DNA from: a virus
Length of the DNA stretch: 64,000 bases
Direction: 5' to 3' (one strand)
IMG/VR virus record: IMGVR_UViG_3300028416_000501
Coordinates: 15,054 to 79,053 of that record
Shown: in pieces, positions 1-9,698 of the stretch
How positions within the stretch are numbered: position 1 is the first letter of the stretch
Layout: the number at the start of each line of letters is the position of its first letter
Program-made: the position numbers and the translations under genes
Notes under the pieces: generated by a model
What the model was told of the DNA's origin: nothing
The model's input: the letters and a program-made list of their open reading frames with translations, nothing else
The model's database searches: none

Positions 1-555
1 GCAATGCATGCAGAATCAAAGATTAATGAGTTTGGTCCTGATGAACGTTATATGAAGATTGGCAATAATACAATGATTGCAAATAAGAAAACAGGTAGTG
101 TAAGCAGTACCTTAAATTTAGGTGGTGATAAATCAGCAACTGTTAATAATCATCTTAACAAAGATGGTTCAGTTGGTAAAGTTAGTGCAAGAGGAACAGT
201 AAATGGTGTAAAGTTTAAAGCCAGTAACAATGTAACCGGTACTGCACCTAAGGCATCAGCAAGTATGCGAGGCATAACTATTAACGCATCTGAAGAACCA
301 AAAGTTAGAGAAGCAGGTTCACCGTGGACTACTACAGGCAAGCATCCAGAAAAGATGACAACTGATGAGCTATGGAGCGAAATTGCAGTATTTGATCATA
401 TACAAGACAGAGGTGAACGTTTAACACCAAAAGATATGATGAGATTGGATTCATTGTTTAGTTACATGGATACCGCAGAAATGAACGAAGCTATAAAACG
501 CAAAGCAGATTCTATGATGGAATCAGCTAAGTTGAAGAAAAATAAAAACAAATAG
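1..555 (+). CDS. hypothetical phage protein (probably 5'-truncated by window edge)
   Basis: Open frame from position 1 to TAG at 553-555; no recognisable motif. Confidence 0.6.
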   Translation, partial: AMHAESKINEFGPDERYMKIGNNTMIANKKTGSVSSTLNLGGDKSATVNNHLNKDGSVGKVSARGTVNGVKFKASNNVTGTAPKASASMRGITINASEEPKVREAGSPWTTTGKHPEKMTTDELWSEIAVFDHIQDRGERLTPKDMMRLDSLFSYMDTAEMNEAIKRKADSMMESAKLKKNKNK

Positions 556-564
556 GAGTATATT

Positions 565-819
565 ATGTTTAATTGGATAAAAAAGATGTTTGGCGCAGGC
601 GCTAAAGAACAAGTATGGGTATCTAAGCCCAAAGTGGAAGTAAAGAAAACTGTTACTAAACCTATTGTTATTAAGCCAGCATTTAAAAACAAAAAAGAAT
701 TAGCAAAACTAACCAAAGGCAAGATGGAAGAAATCGGCAGAACGTACGGTGTAGAACTTGATAAAAGAAAAAAGAAAGATGCACTAGTTAACGAACTTTG
801 GAAAGCAATTAAGAAATAA
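565..819 (+). CDS. small basic protein, C-terminal Rho-N/HeH-like motif
   Basis: GGAG RBS; LAKLTKGKMEEIGRTYGVELDKRKKKDALVNEL resembles Rho N-terminal-like helical motif. Confidence 0.55.
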   Translation: MFNWIKKMFGAGAKEQVWVSKPKVEVKKTVTKPIVIKPAFKNKKELAKLTKGKMEEIGRTYGVELDKRKKKDALVNELWKAIKK

Positions 820-831
820 GGAATTAATAAC

Positions 832-1959
832 ATGCGTTTAACAAAACTATTTGAAGCAGGCGATATTGATAGAATAAAGAATTTATTAATTGACAAAATT
901 ACTTCGTCAGACGAAGAAGCATTATTAAAAAAACTACTAAATGCTATGGAATCATCAGGAATAGATGAAAGACTTGTCCAAGCTCTTGCACAAGACCCAG
1001 ATGCTAAAAGTTTTGGCGTTGACAAAATTGTTGCAGATGTAATGAACGTTCCAGGAACAGTAGCGGAAAAGACTCACTTTGCTGATTCGTACTCAAAAGG
1101 TTTTATTAATATAAGTGAATTACTCAAAGGTAGTAAAACTACATTAGAAGCATTGTTACAAAACCAAGCAAAGATTGATCCTGCAAATGAGGAAGAACAA
1201 GCAGTTCCGTTTGTTAATAGAGTATTTAAAAGAATGCTATTAGCAGACTACAAAGCTCAAGGCGAAGGCACAGGGGAAGTTGCTCTTGCAGTTCTTTCAC
1301 CTATAATATTTAAAACAAGTGGCGGTAAAGCAGCTGTAGGTGATATAATTGTTAAGGGTGACATAAACCATAGAGTTGAAGTTAAAGCACGAGTACCAAG
1401 TAAAGACGGTAAGGGTGCAGGTAGCCCAGGTAAATTTGCAGATGCAAAAATTTATGCAGGTTGGAGGCCAGGAAAAATGTCTGATGTAATTAAAAAATAT
1501 TATCCAGAATTAGCAAATAGAGTAGCATTAGTTGAGAAGCCTAAAATGGGAAAAACAACACACTGTATTACAGGTTCAGGACCAAACACTATTGTATCAC
1601 TAATAGACCCAGAAAAGTTGCCACAATTTGCAGAAGATTTTGCTACCGTTGTGTCATTTTTAGGACCTTCATTTAAGCAAAATATAAAAAATGCTATAAT
1701 AAGCAATAACTCACAAGCATTACAAGATAATGTTGTTAAAATGGTTCACGATAAGTATTATGAAGTTAAATCTAAAAGCGAAGATGAGAAATTAGACGGT
1801 ATTTTAATACTAGATATACCTAGTAACACAGTATTTTATTCACAAGGATTTGACCAGATTCAAAAAGCAGGCGGTCAAGTACCTGGATTTTATGTAACAG
1901 ATCCAAATGGCGGACCAATGGGTGAAGCCAGAGACTTTGCGCCAGGCATTCGATTTTAA
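832..1959 (+). CDS. hypothetical protein with PD-(D/E)XK-like motif
   Basis: GTGEVALAVL...GDIIV...VEVKA pattern; N-terminus MRLTKLFE. Confidence 0.5.
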   Translation: MRLTKLFEAGDIDRIKNLLIDKITSSDEEALLKKLLNAMESSGIDERLVQALAQDPDAKSFGVDKIVADVMNVPGTVAEKTHFADSYSKGFINISELLKGSKTTLEALLQNQAKIDPANEEEQAVPFVNRVFKRMLLADYKAQGEGTGEVALAVLSPIIFKTSGGKAAVGDIIVKGDINHRVEVKARVPSKDGKGAGSPGKFADAKIYAGWRPGKMSDVIKKYYPELANRVALVEKPKMGKTTHCITGSGPNTIVSLIDPEKLPQFAEDFATVVSFLGPSFKQNIKNAIISNNSQALQDNVVKMVHDKYYEVKSKSEDEKLDGILILDIPSNTVFYSQGFDQIQKAGGQVPGFYVTDPNGGPMGEARDFAPGIRF

Positions 1960-1963
1960 AAAT

Positions 1964-2260
1964 ATGTGGGAAATAATTGAAAGAATGGCAACAGACCGTC
2001 TATGGGTATACACTGCTCTAGTAGGAAGTATATTCGGTGCGTTGTTTGTAGCATATTTACGTGGAACTAGAATTAGTGCATGGGCTTTCAGCAAATGGTC
2101 AGCATTGCTAAACTTCTTTGTTACACGCTATGGTTGGACATGGTTCCAACAAGATCCAAATGCTTGGAAAAAATTACACCCAGAACTTACTAAACGCATA
2201 GAAGATTTAGAAAAGCGTTTAGCCTGGATAGAAAAAACTACCACACGAAAAGTAAAATAA
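1964..2260 (+). CDS. small membrane protein with C-terminal coiled coil
   Basis: Likely start ATG 1964 after upstream stop; TM segment LWVYTALVGSIFGALFVAYL. Confidence 0.65.
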   Translation: MWEIIERMATDRLWVYTALVGSIFGALFVAYLRGTRISAWAFSKWSALLNFFVTRYGWTWFQQDPNAWKKLHPELTKRIEDLEKRLAWIEKTTTRKVK

Positions 2261-2279
2261 CAACGCTGTAAGTTGTTAT
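2257..2279 (+). terminator. hairpin, possible terminator
   Basis: ATAACAAC-N7-GTTGTTAT inverted repeat at gene end. Confidence 0.35.
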
Positions 2280-2310
2280 ATCTCAACCTATCAAAAACCT
2301 CAAAAAACAA

Positions 2311-2339
2311 TTGACTTTATCATAATTATCGTATATAAT
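2311..2339 (+). promoter_or_regulatory. sigma70-type promoter
   Basis: TTGACT-17bp-TATAAT upstream of AGGAG RBS. Confidence 0.75.
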
Positions 2340-2366
2340 TATAACTAATAAACCAGGAGAACATCT

Positions 2367-2624
2367 ATGAGCATCACATTTAATCAAGCAGATATTGAGA
2401 AACTAAAAACACTAATAAAAGAAGGTATCCAAGTAAGCCAAGAAGTGGAAACACTTAATGAAGGACTAAGAGATACTGTAAAGCATATTGCAGAAGAAAT
2501 GGGTATCAAGCCTGCAATTATTAACAAAGCTATTAAGGTAGCATACAAAGGCGAACTACACAAGCATAGAGATGACTTTGATACACTTGAAACTATACTC
2601 GAAAGTGTTGGGCGTCCTGATTAA
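2367..2624 (+). CDS. T4 DsbA-like / GapR-like dsDNA-binding protein
   Basis: 85 aa coiled coil; ...RDTVKHIAEEMGIKPAIINKAIKVAYK pattern resembles phage DsbA. Confidence 0.6.
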   Translation: MSITFNQADIEKLKTLIKEGIQVSQEVETLNEGLRDTVKHIAEEMGIKPAIINKAIKVAYKGELHKHRDDFDTLETILESVGRPD

Positions 2625-2932
2625 TGGAACAACGCAAAAAACTCAATGACAAAATAAAAGAACTTGACAGTACTAGGGTATTTAAAAAGATAACACCCAA
2701 GGGTGATTTATCCTGGTATGTCAAGTGGGTATCAGTGATACTGATACTAATAGCAACAACGGCTAGAGCTACAGGAACAATACCACAAGTTGACTTATGG
2801 TTTGGATTGTTTGGAACTATGGGTTGGCTATGGGTTGGTATGTTATGGCATGATAGAGCATTGGTATTTCTAAATGGTGTATTAGTTACAATCATAGTAA
2901 TGGGCCTTATGAACTATTATTTTGGGGCATAG
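2624..2932 (+). CDS. small 3-TM membrane protein
   Basis: Three hydrophobic segments; WVGMLWHDRALVFLN motif. Confidence 0.7.
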   Translation: MEQRKKLNDKIKELDSTRVFKKITPKGDLSWYVKWVSVILILIATTARATGTIPQVDLWFGLFGTMGWLWVGMLWHDRALVFLNGVLVTIIVMGLMNYYFGA

Positions 2933-2934
2933 TT

Positions 2935-4056
2935 TTGATTGATAAGATAAATGCAATATGGGGCATAGATAATAATACAAGTAACTTAGATAAGTTTACA
3001 GGTTACGAACATCTATACGATAAGTTTGACACTTATACAAAAGAAGTATATTATGCAAACCCAGAACAAACCATACAAGAAGTGTATGATTTATATCGTA
3101 GTGTAAACCTTGTTCCAATTACATACTTTACAGAGCAAGGAATGATTGATGAACTCAAGCATTTCAAAAGCAGAGGCTATAATCACGTAACAGATAATGT
3201 TCAAGGACTAGGCAATAACGCAGGTTCCTCTATTGGAAGATTTTTGTTTCCTAATATGATGACTGCTGAACCAAAAGGCAGAGGCTCAAACAGTTTACGA
3301 GATAGGTTCTTAGATGAGAAAAAACTTAAAAGAGCAATACGCATTTGTTTTGAATTCAGAGACAGTAACAAACTTGTGTACCCAATGTCGTTGAGAACTG
3401 CATTAGAATTAGTTACTGGAGAGAATGTTACTAACTTTAAAGCCCAACACGCCAGAAGTATTGTAGAACATTTGTGTCCTGTTATGTGGGGCAGAGTATA
3501 TGACTACAGTATGGGTTTTGGTGGCAGACTGTTAGGAGTAAGTGCAAGTAATATGAACTACACTTATATTGGAACAGATCCTAACACAGAAACATTTGCT
3601 TATTTAGAATACTTAAATGAACTATTGGGTGGACCTGGAAAAGACAATGAACTATATTGTAGTACAAGTCAAGATTATCAATGCGAAGATATTGATTTAG
3701 CATTTAGTAGCCCACCTTATTTTAACTTAGAAAAATACAGTGATGAACCTACACAGTGTATGGTAGAGTTTGACAACCTTGATCAATGGTTTGAAGGATA
3801 CGCAGTACCAACAATGCAAAACATATACAATGGATTAAACAGTGATGGTATCTTTGCAACAAACATTGCAGACTATAAAACATATGGACAAAAAGAACCT
3901 ATCTTAGTTGTAGACCGTTGGATCGAAACTGCTGAAAAGATTGGATTCAAACATACTAACACAATTAAAATGTTACTAAGCACACGACCTGGTGTTGGTA
4001 ACGATCGTAAAGAAGGTAGACAAAAGTGGGAAGGAGTATACGTTTTTGGAAAATAA
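2935..4056 (+). CDS. amino-DNA methyltransferase (N4-C/N6-A)-like
   Basis: SAM-binding motif I DYSMGFGG, GTDPN, catalytic motif IV FSSPPYF. Confidence 0.75.
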   Translation: MIDKINAIWGIDNNTSNLDKFTGYEHLYDKFDTYTKEVYYANPEQTIQEVYDLYRSVNLVPITYFTEQGMIDELKHFKSRGYNHVTDNVQGLGNNAGSSIGRFLFPNMMTAEPKGRGSNSLRDRFLDEKKLKRAIRICFEFRDSNKLVYPMSLRTALELVTGENVTNFKAQHARSIVEHLCPVMWGRVYDYSMGFGGRLLGVSASNMNYTYIGTDPNTETFAYLEYLNELLGGPGKDNELYCSTSQDYQCEDIDLAFSSPPYFNLEKYSDEPTQCMVEFDNLDQWFEGYAVPTMQNIYNGLNSDGIFATNIADYKTYGQKEPILVVDRWIETAEKIGFKHTNTIKMLLSTRPGVGNDRKEGRQKWEGVYVFGK

Positions 4057-5290
4057 AGTACTAGTACAAAACAAACTGTTAAAACGTGCAACTCCTGAAA
4101 ATACTTATTGCACAAGTCCATGGAACGAAATTCATATTCATGCTACAGGTAAAGTTAGAATGTGTTGCCAACATCATGGAATAGATAAAAATATCAATGA
4201 TGTAACATTATCAGAAGCATTTAATAGCGACGAATATCGGACTGCAAGAAAAGAAGTTATGTCTAATATATGGCCTAAAGGATGCGGCCAATGTGTTAAA
4301 GCAGAATCACATTCCGGATTTAGTATGCGTTATATGAATACAGAATTAGTAAATGATGCTAAACGCTGGCACCAAACATTTGGTTTACCCAACACAATTC
4401 AAAAAATAGGAATAGATTTTAGTAATGCATGTAATTTAAGATGTACAATTTGTGACCCTAACAAAAGCACAGGCTGGTACAAAGATGCCAAAATGCTACA
4501 TAATGCATTAGGAGAAAAAGAATCCTGGAGAGCATATAATCATGCATCAGACAAACCTTATGGGATATCGGTAGATTTTGTTGATAAGAATTTAACAACT
4601 TTATTAAATGCAAAACATATAGAGTGTGGCGGCGGCGAGCCTTTTTATATGCCACAGTTTCTTTATCTAGTAGATAAGCTAATTGAACATGATTATAAAG
4701 GTCGTTTAAAAATTATAACAAACGCAACATTGCTCAAAGAAGAAATGTTAGAAAAACTAAAAAATATTAATGCTTCTTTTGTAGTAAGCATGGACGGAAC
4801 AGGACATGTATATCCGTATATGAGACCAAGTACACCATTTGGGAAATACAGTTGGGAAGAAATTGAACAGAAATTGTTCAATATATTTGATAACTATCAT
4901 TTAAATATATCTTATACTCCAAACATTCTTAATATTTATAATATACCAGATTATTTAGAATGGCTAAAACATAAACTTATACCAAGAAAAGTTAATAATG
5001 TTTATACTAAAGATAGATTTTTTAATGAATGTGTTACTTCACCAAATTATTTGCGTATTGCAGTACACCCAGATGAAGATTACAAACATAGATTAGCAGA
5101 CATGTTAGAAGCAAGAAGTGACGGGGATCACTTTAGTGATATCATAATGCAATGTAGAAAAACAAGAACAGATAAAGAAATAGATGATTGGAAATTCTTT
5201 TGTAAGACTACTGATCTTCTTGACAAACATAGAAAAACAAGTATAATTAAGTATGTACCCAAATTAGAGAAATATTGGATTAAAGAATGA
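4046..5290 (+). CDS. N-terminal twitch-domain radical SAM protein
   Basis: YCTSPW...RMCC...CGQC twitch; CNLRCTIC (CX3CX2C); GGGEP; likely TTG start at 4046 after AAGGAG (ORF track 3992). Confidence 0.9.
   Translation: MENKVLVQNKLLKRATPENTYCTSPWNEIHIHATGKVRMCCQHHGIDKNINDVTLSEAFNSDEYRTARKEVMSNIWPKGCGQCVKAESHSGFSMRYMNTELVNDAKRWHQTFGLPNTIQKIGIDFSNACNLRCTICDPNKSTGWYKDAKMLHNALGEKESWRAYNHASDKPYGISVDFVDKNLTTLLNAKHIECGGGEPFYMPQFLYLVDKLIEHDYKGRLKIITNATLLKEEMLEKLKNINASFVVSMDGTGHVYPYMRPSTPFGKYSWEEIEQKLFNIFDNYHLNISYTPNILNIYNIPDYLEWLKHKLIPRKVNNVYTKDRFFNECVTSPNYLRIAVHPDEDYKHRLADMLEARSDGDHFSDIIMQCRKTRTDKEIDDWKFFCKTTDLLDKHRKTSIIKYVPKLEKYWIKE
5220..5247 (+). promoter_or_regulatory. sigma70-type promoter for DNA polymerase, inside the rSAM 3' end
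   Basis: TTGACA-16bp-TATAAT. Confidence 0.55.
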
Positions 5291-7980
5291 GCTACGTAGA
5301 CGCACACCACGATAAGAACAAAGACATTGTACAAGTTGTAGAACGAATCAACGGCAAAAGAGAATTTAAAGAAATTCCTGCCAAGTACACATTTTATTAC
5401 AAAGACCCCAAAGGTAAATTTACAAGTATCTTTGGTGAGAAGCTAGAACGCATTGTGTGTAACACAAGCAAAAAGTTTAACACTGAGAAAAAGATACATG
5501 GACACAAAGGCTTGTATGAAAGTGATGTAAATGTTATTTTTAAAACATTCGCAGAGAATTATGATCCACAATCAGTTCCAGAGCTAAATGTTTGTTTCTT
5601 TGATATTGAGACAGACTTTAATAAAGAAGTAGGGTTTGCTCCACCTGAAGATCCTTTTAATGCTGTAACGGCAATTAGTTTACACAACAGTTGGATGAAT
5701 GCAACAATTTGTCTTGCTATTGGTCCTAAAACTATGACGTTTGAAGAAGCAGAAACTGTTACTAATAAGTTTGAGAATACTATTCTGTTTAACACAGAAC
5801 GAGAAATGCTTGAAGCGTTTTTAGACTTAATTGACGATGCAGATATTTTAACAGGTTGGAACAGTGAAGGCTTTGATATTCCGTATCTTGTAAACAGAGT
5901 ATCTAGGGTAATGAGTAAAAGTCACACACGCAAGTTCTGTTTATGGGATATGCTTCCCAAAGAACGAAAGTTTGAACGTTTTGGTGCAGAGCAACAAACA
6001 TATGATTTACATGGTCGTGTACACATGGATTATATGCAATTGTATAGAAAGTATACATATCACGAGATGCACAGTTATTCGCTAGATGCAATTGGTGAAT
6101 ATGAATTAGGTGATCGCAAAGTAGATTATGAAGGCACATTAGATCAACTATATAACAATGACTTTGAAAAGTTTATTGCTTATTCAAGACAAGATGTTGA
6201 CTTGCTTGTAAACTTAGACAAGAAGCTACAGTTTATTGACTTAGCAAATGTGTTAGCACATTCTAACACAGTGTTGCTACAAACAACAATGGGTGCGGTT
6301 GCACAAACAGACCAAGCTATTATTAACGAAGCACATACTAAAGGCTTAATTGTTCCTGACAAGCGTTACGACAGAGATTCAACACAAGCCGCAGGTGCCT
6401 ATGTTGCAACACCTAAAAAAGGTATGCATAAATGGGTTGGAAGTATTGACTTGAACTCACTGTATCCTAGTATTATTCGTAGTTGTAATATGAGTACTGA
6501 AACTATCATTGGGCAGGTGCGACATTCTTACACAAAAGAAATGATTCAAAAGGCTCGTACAGTTGCTGAAGCATGGGAAGGAAAGTTTGCTTGTCATGAG
6601 TATGAACTTGTAATGGATAAGAACATTGACGAATTGCTACACTTAGACTTTGAAGATGGAACTAGTTTTGAAGCCACTGGCGCAGAGATATATGAAATTG
6701 TGTTTAACAGTGGACAACCTTGGATTATTAGTGCTAACGGAACTATCTTTACATACGAGAAAAAAGGTATTATTCCTGGATTACTAGAGCGTTGGTATGC
6801 AGAGCGTAAAGAACTACAAGCAAAGGCTCGTGATGCTAGAGCAGAAGGCGGAGACAAGTTTGCGTTTTGGGACAAGCGACAGTTGGTTAAAAAGATTAAC
6901 TTGAACAGTTTGTACGGTGCGTTACTTAATCCTGGCAGTAGATTCTTTGATAGTAGGCTAGGACAATCAACTACATTAACAGGTCGTTGTATTGCAAAAC
7001 ATATGGCCGCAGAACTTAATAAGATTATTGCAGGCGAATATGATCATCAAGGTAAAGCAATTGTATACGGTGATACGGATTCTACATACTTTAGTTCATA
7101 TCCTATGCTCAAAGATCAAATTAAAAACAAAGAAATTAATTGGGATGTTGATACTATCATTAGTTATTATGATGCAATTTGCGAAGAAGTAAACAAAACA
7201 TTTCCTGGATTTATGAGTAGGACATTTCATACTACACTAGACTTGGGTACAATTATTGCCGCTGGTAGAGAAATGGTAGGTAGTGCAGGTTTGTTTATTA
7301 CAAAAAAGCGTTATGCAATGTTAGTAATTGATAACGAAGGTAAACGAGAAGATGTAGATGGTAAAGCAGGTTATATTAAAGCAATGGGACTGGACCTAAA
7401 GCGTAGTGATACACCACCCTGGATGCAAGACTTTTTAAAAGATGTATTACTTGAAGTACTAACAGATGCTGAAGAACAAGCTATACTTGATAAGATTATT
7501 GAATTCCGTAAAGAATACAGAGAAAAGCCTAGTTGGCAAAAAGGTTCTCCAAAGCGTGTTAACAACCTTACTGCATACAAAGGTAAAATGAAGAAGTTTG
7601 AAAGAGAACGTAAAGTAGCACACAACAATAACAAAACAACAGGCGAGCTTAAAAAGCCAGCAATGCCAGGACATGTTACTGCCGCACTTAACTGGAATAA
7701 GCTAAGAGAGATTAACAGTGATAATTATGCTAATGAAATTGTTGACGGTATGAAAACTATTGTTTGCAGACTAAAAGACAATCCACTTGGAATGACAAGT
7801 GTGGGTTATCCTACAGATGAAACAAGACTTCCACAGTGGTTTTTAGACTTGCCGTTTGATGATGATCATATGGAATACACAGTTGTAACTAAAAAACTAG
7901 AAAATCTTTTAGGTGTGTTAAAATGGGATTTAGATAAGGCGGCAGCTAAAAGTAATTTTAACAGTTTGTTTGAGTTTTGA
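5287..7980 (+). CDS. family B DNA polymerase (T4 gp43-like)
   Basis: Exo motifs FDIET, WNSEGFD, YSRQD; pol motifs DLNSLYPS, KINLNSLYG, YGDTDS, KKRY. Confidence 0.97.
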   Translation: MSYVDAHHDKNKDIVQVVERINGKREFKEIPAKYTFYYKDPKGKFTSIFGEKLERIVCNTSKKFNTEKKIHGHKGLYESDVNVIFKTFAENYDPQSVPELNVCFFDIETDFNKEVGFAPPEDPFNAVTAISLHNSWMNATICLAIGPKTMTFEEAETVTNKFENTILFNTEREMLEAFLDLIDDADILTGWNSEGFDIPYLVNRVSRVMSKSHTRKFCLWDMLPKERKFERFGAEQQTYDLHGRVHMDYMQLYRKYTYHEMHSYSLDAIGEYELGDRKVDYEGTLDQLYNNDFEKFIAYSRQDVDLLVNLDKKLQFIDLANVLAHSNTVLLQTTMGAVAQTDQAIINEAHTKGLIVPDKRYDRDSTQAAGAYVATPKKGMHKWVGSIDLNSLYPSIIRSCNMSTETIIGQVRHSYTKEMIQKARTVAEAWEGKFACHEYELVMDKNIDELLHLDFEDGTSFEATGAEIYEIVFNSGQPWIISANGTIFTYEKKGIIPGLLERWYAERKELQAKARDARAEGGDKFAFWDKRQLVKKINLNSLYGALLNPGSRFFDSRLGQSTTLTGRCIAKHMAAELNKIIAGEYDHQGKAIVYGDTDSTYFSSYPMLKDQIKNKEINWDVDTIISYYDAICEEVNKTFPGFMSRTFHTTLDLGTIIAAGREMVGSAGLFITKKRYAMLVIDNEGKREDVDGKAGYIKAMGLDLKRSDTPPWMQDFLKDVLLEVLTDAEEQAILDKIIEFRKEYREKPSWQKGSPKRVNNLTAYKGKMKKFERERKVAHNNNKTTGELKKPAMPGHVTAALNWNKLREINSDNYANEIVDGMKTIVCRLKDNPLGMTSVGYPTDETRLPQWFLDLPFDDDHMEYTVVTKKLENLLGVLKWDLDKAAAKSNFNSLFEF

Positions 7981-7981
7981 T

Positions 7982-8236
7982 ATGGTAGCACTAGGACACG
8001 ATATACAAACAAAGTTAGATAAACTAACTGAATGGAATAAGCGACACGGTGGTCCTTATGACAGAGGTGGAGCTGACAGTTATTATGGGCGAGGTTGTAG
8101 ACCTCATTATTATACAGGCGATACACACAATAGTAACAGAATTGAAGAATGTGATATGACAGATGAAGAGATTAGAGCATACAAAGCCGGTTATTTTGAC
8201 AATGAAAACGACGGTGATTTCAAAGATTGGGGCTAA
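7982..8236 (+). CDS. hypothetical phage protein
   Basis: HGGPYDRGGADSYYGR motif; start 7970 or 7982. Confidence 0.7.
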   Translation: MVALGHDIQTKLDKLTEWNKRHGGPYDRGGADSYYGRGCRPHYYTGDTHNSNRIEECDMTDEEIRAYKAGYFDNENDGDFKDWG

Positions 8237-8277
8237 AATAGCCTAAAAAAACCAAAATAAATTAAAATAAATTTAAG

Positions 8278-8344
8278 ACCCTTGCTACATAAGGGTTTTC
8301 GTGCTGGCTAAAAGGTTGACAATACCAAGAACTCTTGTTATAAT
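8278..8344 (+). promoter_or_regulatory. terminator + sigma70 promoter cassette with spacer palindrome
   Basis: ACCCTT/AAGGGT-TTT hairpin; AAAGG TTGACA(8316)-17-TATAAT(8339); CAAGA-AC-TCTTG at 8326-8337. Confidence 0.85.
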
Positions 8345-8373
8345 ATATACATATTAAACAATAAAGGAAGGAT

Positions 8374-8661
8374 ATGAAAAACTCTAAAGCATTTTTAAAC
8401 AGTTTTAAAACAAAATATATGGTTACAATACGTCCTATTGATGCAGATTGTTCACATGTTGATAATGTTTATGTAAACGCATTTGGCTTACAAGACGCTA
8501 TGAACAGAGTAGATGCGGCAGTTGATCATTTAGAGTATGCAGTACAAGATATTATACCAGCAGGACATGATTTGTTTGGAATTGAAGAAAAATGCTGTGA
8601 TAGAGTATCAGTAAAAGATATTGGTATTGCTAATGAGTTTTTTGGTATTACATTTAACTAA
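8374..8661 (+). CDS. hypothetical early protein
   Basis: AAGGAAGG RBS, directly downstream of promoter. Confidence 0.7.
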   Translation: MKNSKAFLNSFKTKYMVTIRPIDADCSHVDNVYVNAFGLQDAMNRVDAAVDHLEYAVQDIIPAGHDLFGIEEKCCDRVSVKDIGIANEFFGITFN

Positions 8662-8662
8662 T

Positions 8663-8845
8663 ATGAAAAACATAATAATAGCAGTAGCGATAACATTTGC
8701 AATTATATTTGCATTCATTAGTAGTGTTGAAGCAAAGCGAGTAGGTGTACTACAAGAACAAATTGAAGCACATAAACTAGCAATGACATTTGCCAACGAT
8801 GCAATACACACATTTTATAATCAAGTGAAAGTAGTAAGTAAATGA
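8663..8845 (+). CDS. small protein with signal peptide
   Basis: MKNIIIAVAITFAIIFAFISSVEA. Confidence 0.55.
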   Translation: MKNIIIAVAITFAIIFAFISSVEAKRVGVLQEQIEAHKLAMTFANDAIHTFYNQVKVVSK

Positions 8846-8937
8846 TTGAATTTATCTTTGAAGTACTAGTAAAGTTTGTTAAATGGTATTTCATAATTTG
8901 GTTTATGTTTTGGGTTATTTCAAAAATAGCCGGGTAA
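8842..8937 (+). CDS. 31-aa hydrophobic peptide
   Basis: ATGA overlap with previous stop; MIEFIFEVLVKFVKWYFIIWFMFWVISKIAG. Confidence 0.45.
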   Translation: MIEFIFEVLVKFVKWYFIIWFMFWVISKIAG

Positions 8938-8942
8938 AAAGG

Positions 8943-8970
8943 TTGACAACAGTATTGACTTATGTATAAT
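8943..8970 (+). promoter_or_regulatory. sigma70-type promoter
   Basis: AAAAAGG TTGACA-16-TATAAT; no spacer palindrome. Confidence 0.65.
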
Positions 8971-8991
8971 ATTAAATATACGGAGAGTAGA

Positions 8992-9183
8992 ATGGTAACA
9001 GATACAACAAAATTAGTTGCATATATTAACTGGCTTAATGCTAAAGGGCAAGCAATGATGGAAGACGATCCTCATTTGTGGGTTGGAATGTTAACTACTG
9101 ATTTAGACCATTGGGCAAGTTATGGAATTACTACTCCAGATCAACTAGGTGAATACCTAGATGCACAGTCGGGAGACTTTTAG
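8992..9183 (+). CDS. hypothetical early protein
   Basis: GGAG RBS before ATG 8992 (the 8962 ATG overlaps the -10 box). Confidence 0.65.
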   Translation: MVTDTTKLVAYINWLNAKGQAMMEDDPHLWVGMLTTDLDHWASYGITTPDQLGEYLDAQSGDF

Positions 9184-9336
9184 ATAGAATTTTATTAACA
9201 GTAAACTTAACTGTTAAAAAGGGGAAAAAATCACTTAAATACACTAGTGGTTAAGAAATTAATTGCTCTGATGTGATCGCAGAAGCAATGACGAAGAATT
9301 GGTCGGTCACGTAAAAATAAAATATAGGAGAAAACT

Positions 9337-9558
9337 ATGTTAGATAAAATCAAAGGTGCCGTTTCAGGTGCTATGGATATTGGCGTAATGCTAATTGGCC
9401 TTGCTATCGTTCTACAAATCGTATTCGGTGGTTCTGTTCCTTTCTTAGGTGGCGATGTAATCGGTACTGTAATCGGAATAGTTGGTCAACTAGGTGCAGC
9501 TGGTCTTACTGGTCTAATCGCTGCAGCAGTGTTGTGGAAGTTATTTGATCGTGACTAA
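9337..9558 (+). CDS. 73-aa Gly-rich two-helix membrane protein
   Basis: AGGAG RBS; LAIVLQIVFGGSVPFLGGDVIG...GLTGLIAAAVLW. Confidence 0.8.
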   Translation: MLDKIKGAVSGAMDIGVMLIGLAIVLQIVFGGSVPFLGGDVIGTVIGIVGQLGAAGLTGLIAAAVLWKLFDRD

Positions 9559-9585
9559 AAGTAAAGTTTTTTCAATTTACTAACT

Positions 9586-9664
9586 AAACCCTTGTATTAC
9601 AACAGTTTTACAAGGGTTTTTTCTTAAATAAAAGGTTGACAAAAGCAAGAGTTCTTGCTATAAT
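9586..9664 (+). promoter_or_regulatory. terminator + sigma70 promoter cassette with spacer palindrome
   Basis: AAACCCTTGTA/TACAAGGGTTT hairpin + T run; TTGACA(9636)-17-TATAAT(9659); GCAAGA-GT-TCTTGC. Confidence 0.85.
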
Positions 9665-9698
9665 ATAACTATATTAACAATAAAACGAAAGGTACTAA

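Noticed and set aside
5287-7980. Intein or intron in DNA polymerase
   Set aside because: Continuous 897-aa ORF; no C/S...HN splice motifs or LAGLIDADG seen
9262-9310. Hammerhead ribozyme or riboswitch (CTGATG...GAA)
   Set aside because: Core is CTGATGT, not CTGATGA, and the GAAA/stem arrangement is missing
8278-9664. CRISPR array or IS ends from the repeated AAACCCTTG/CAAGGGTTT and AAAAGGTTGACA sequences
   Set aside because: Dispersed, not regularly spaced; explained as terminators and promoters; no transposase or cas gene
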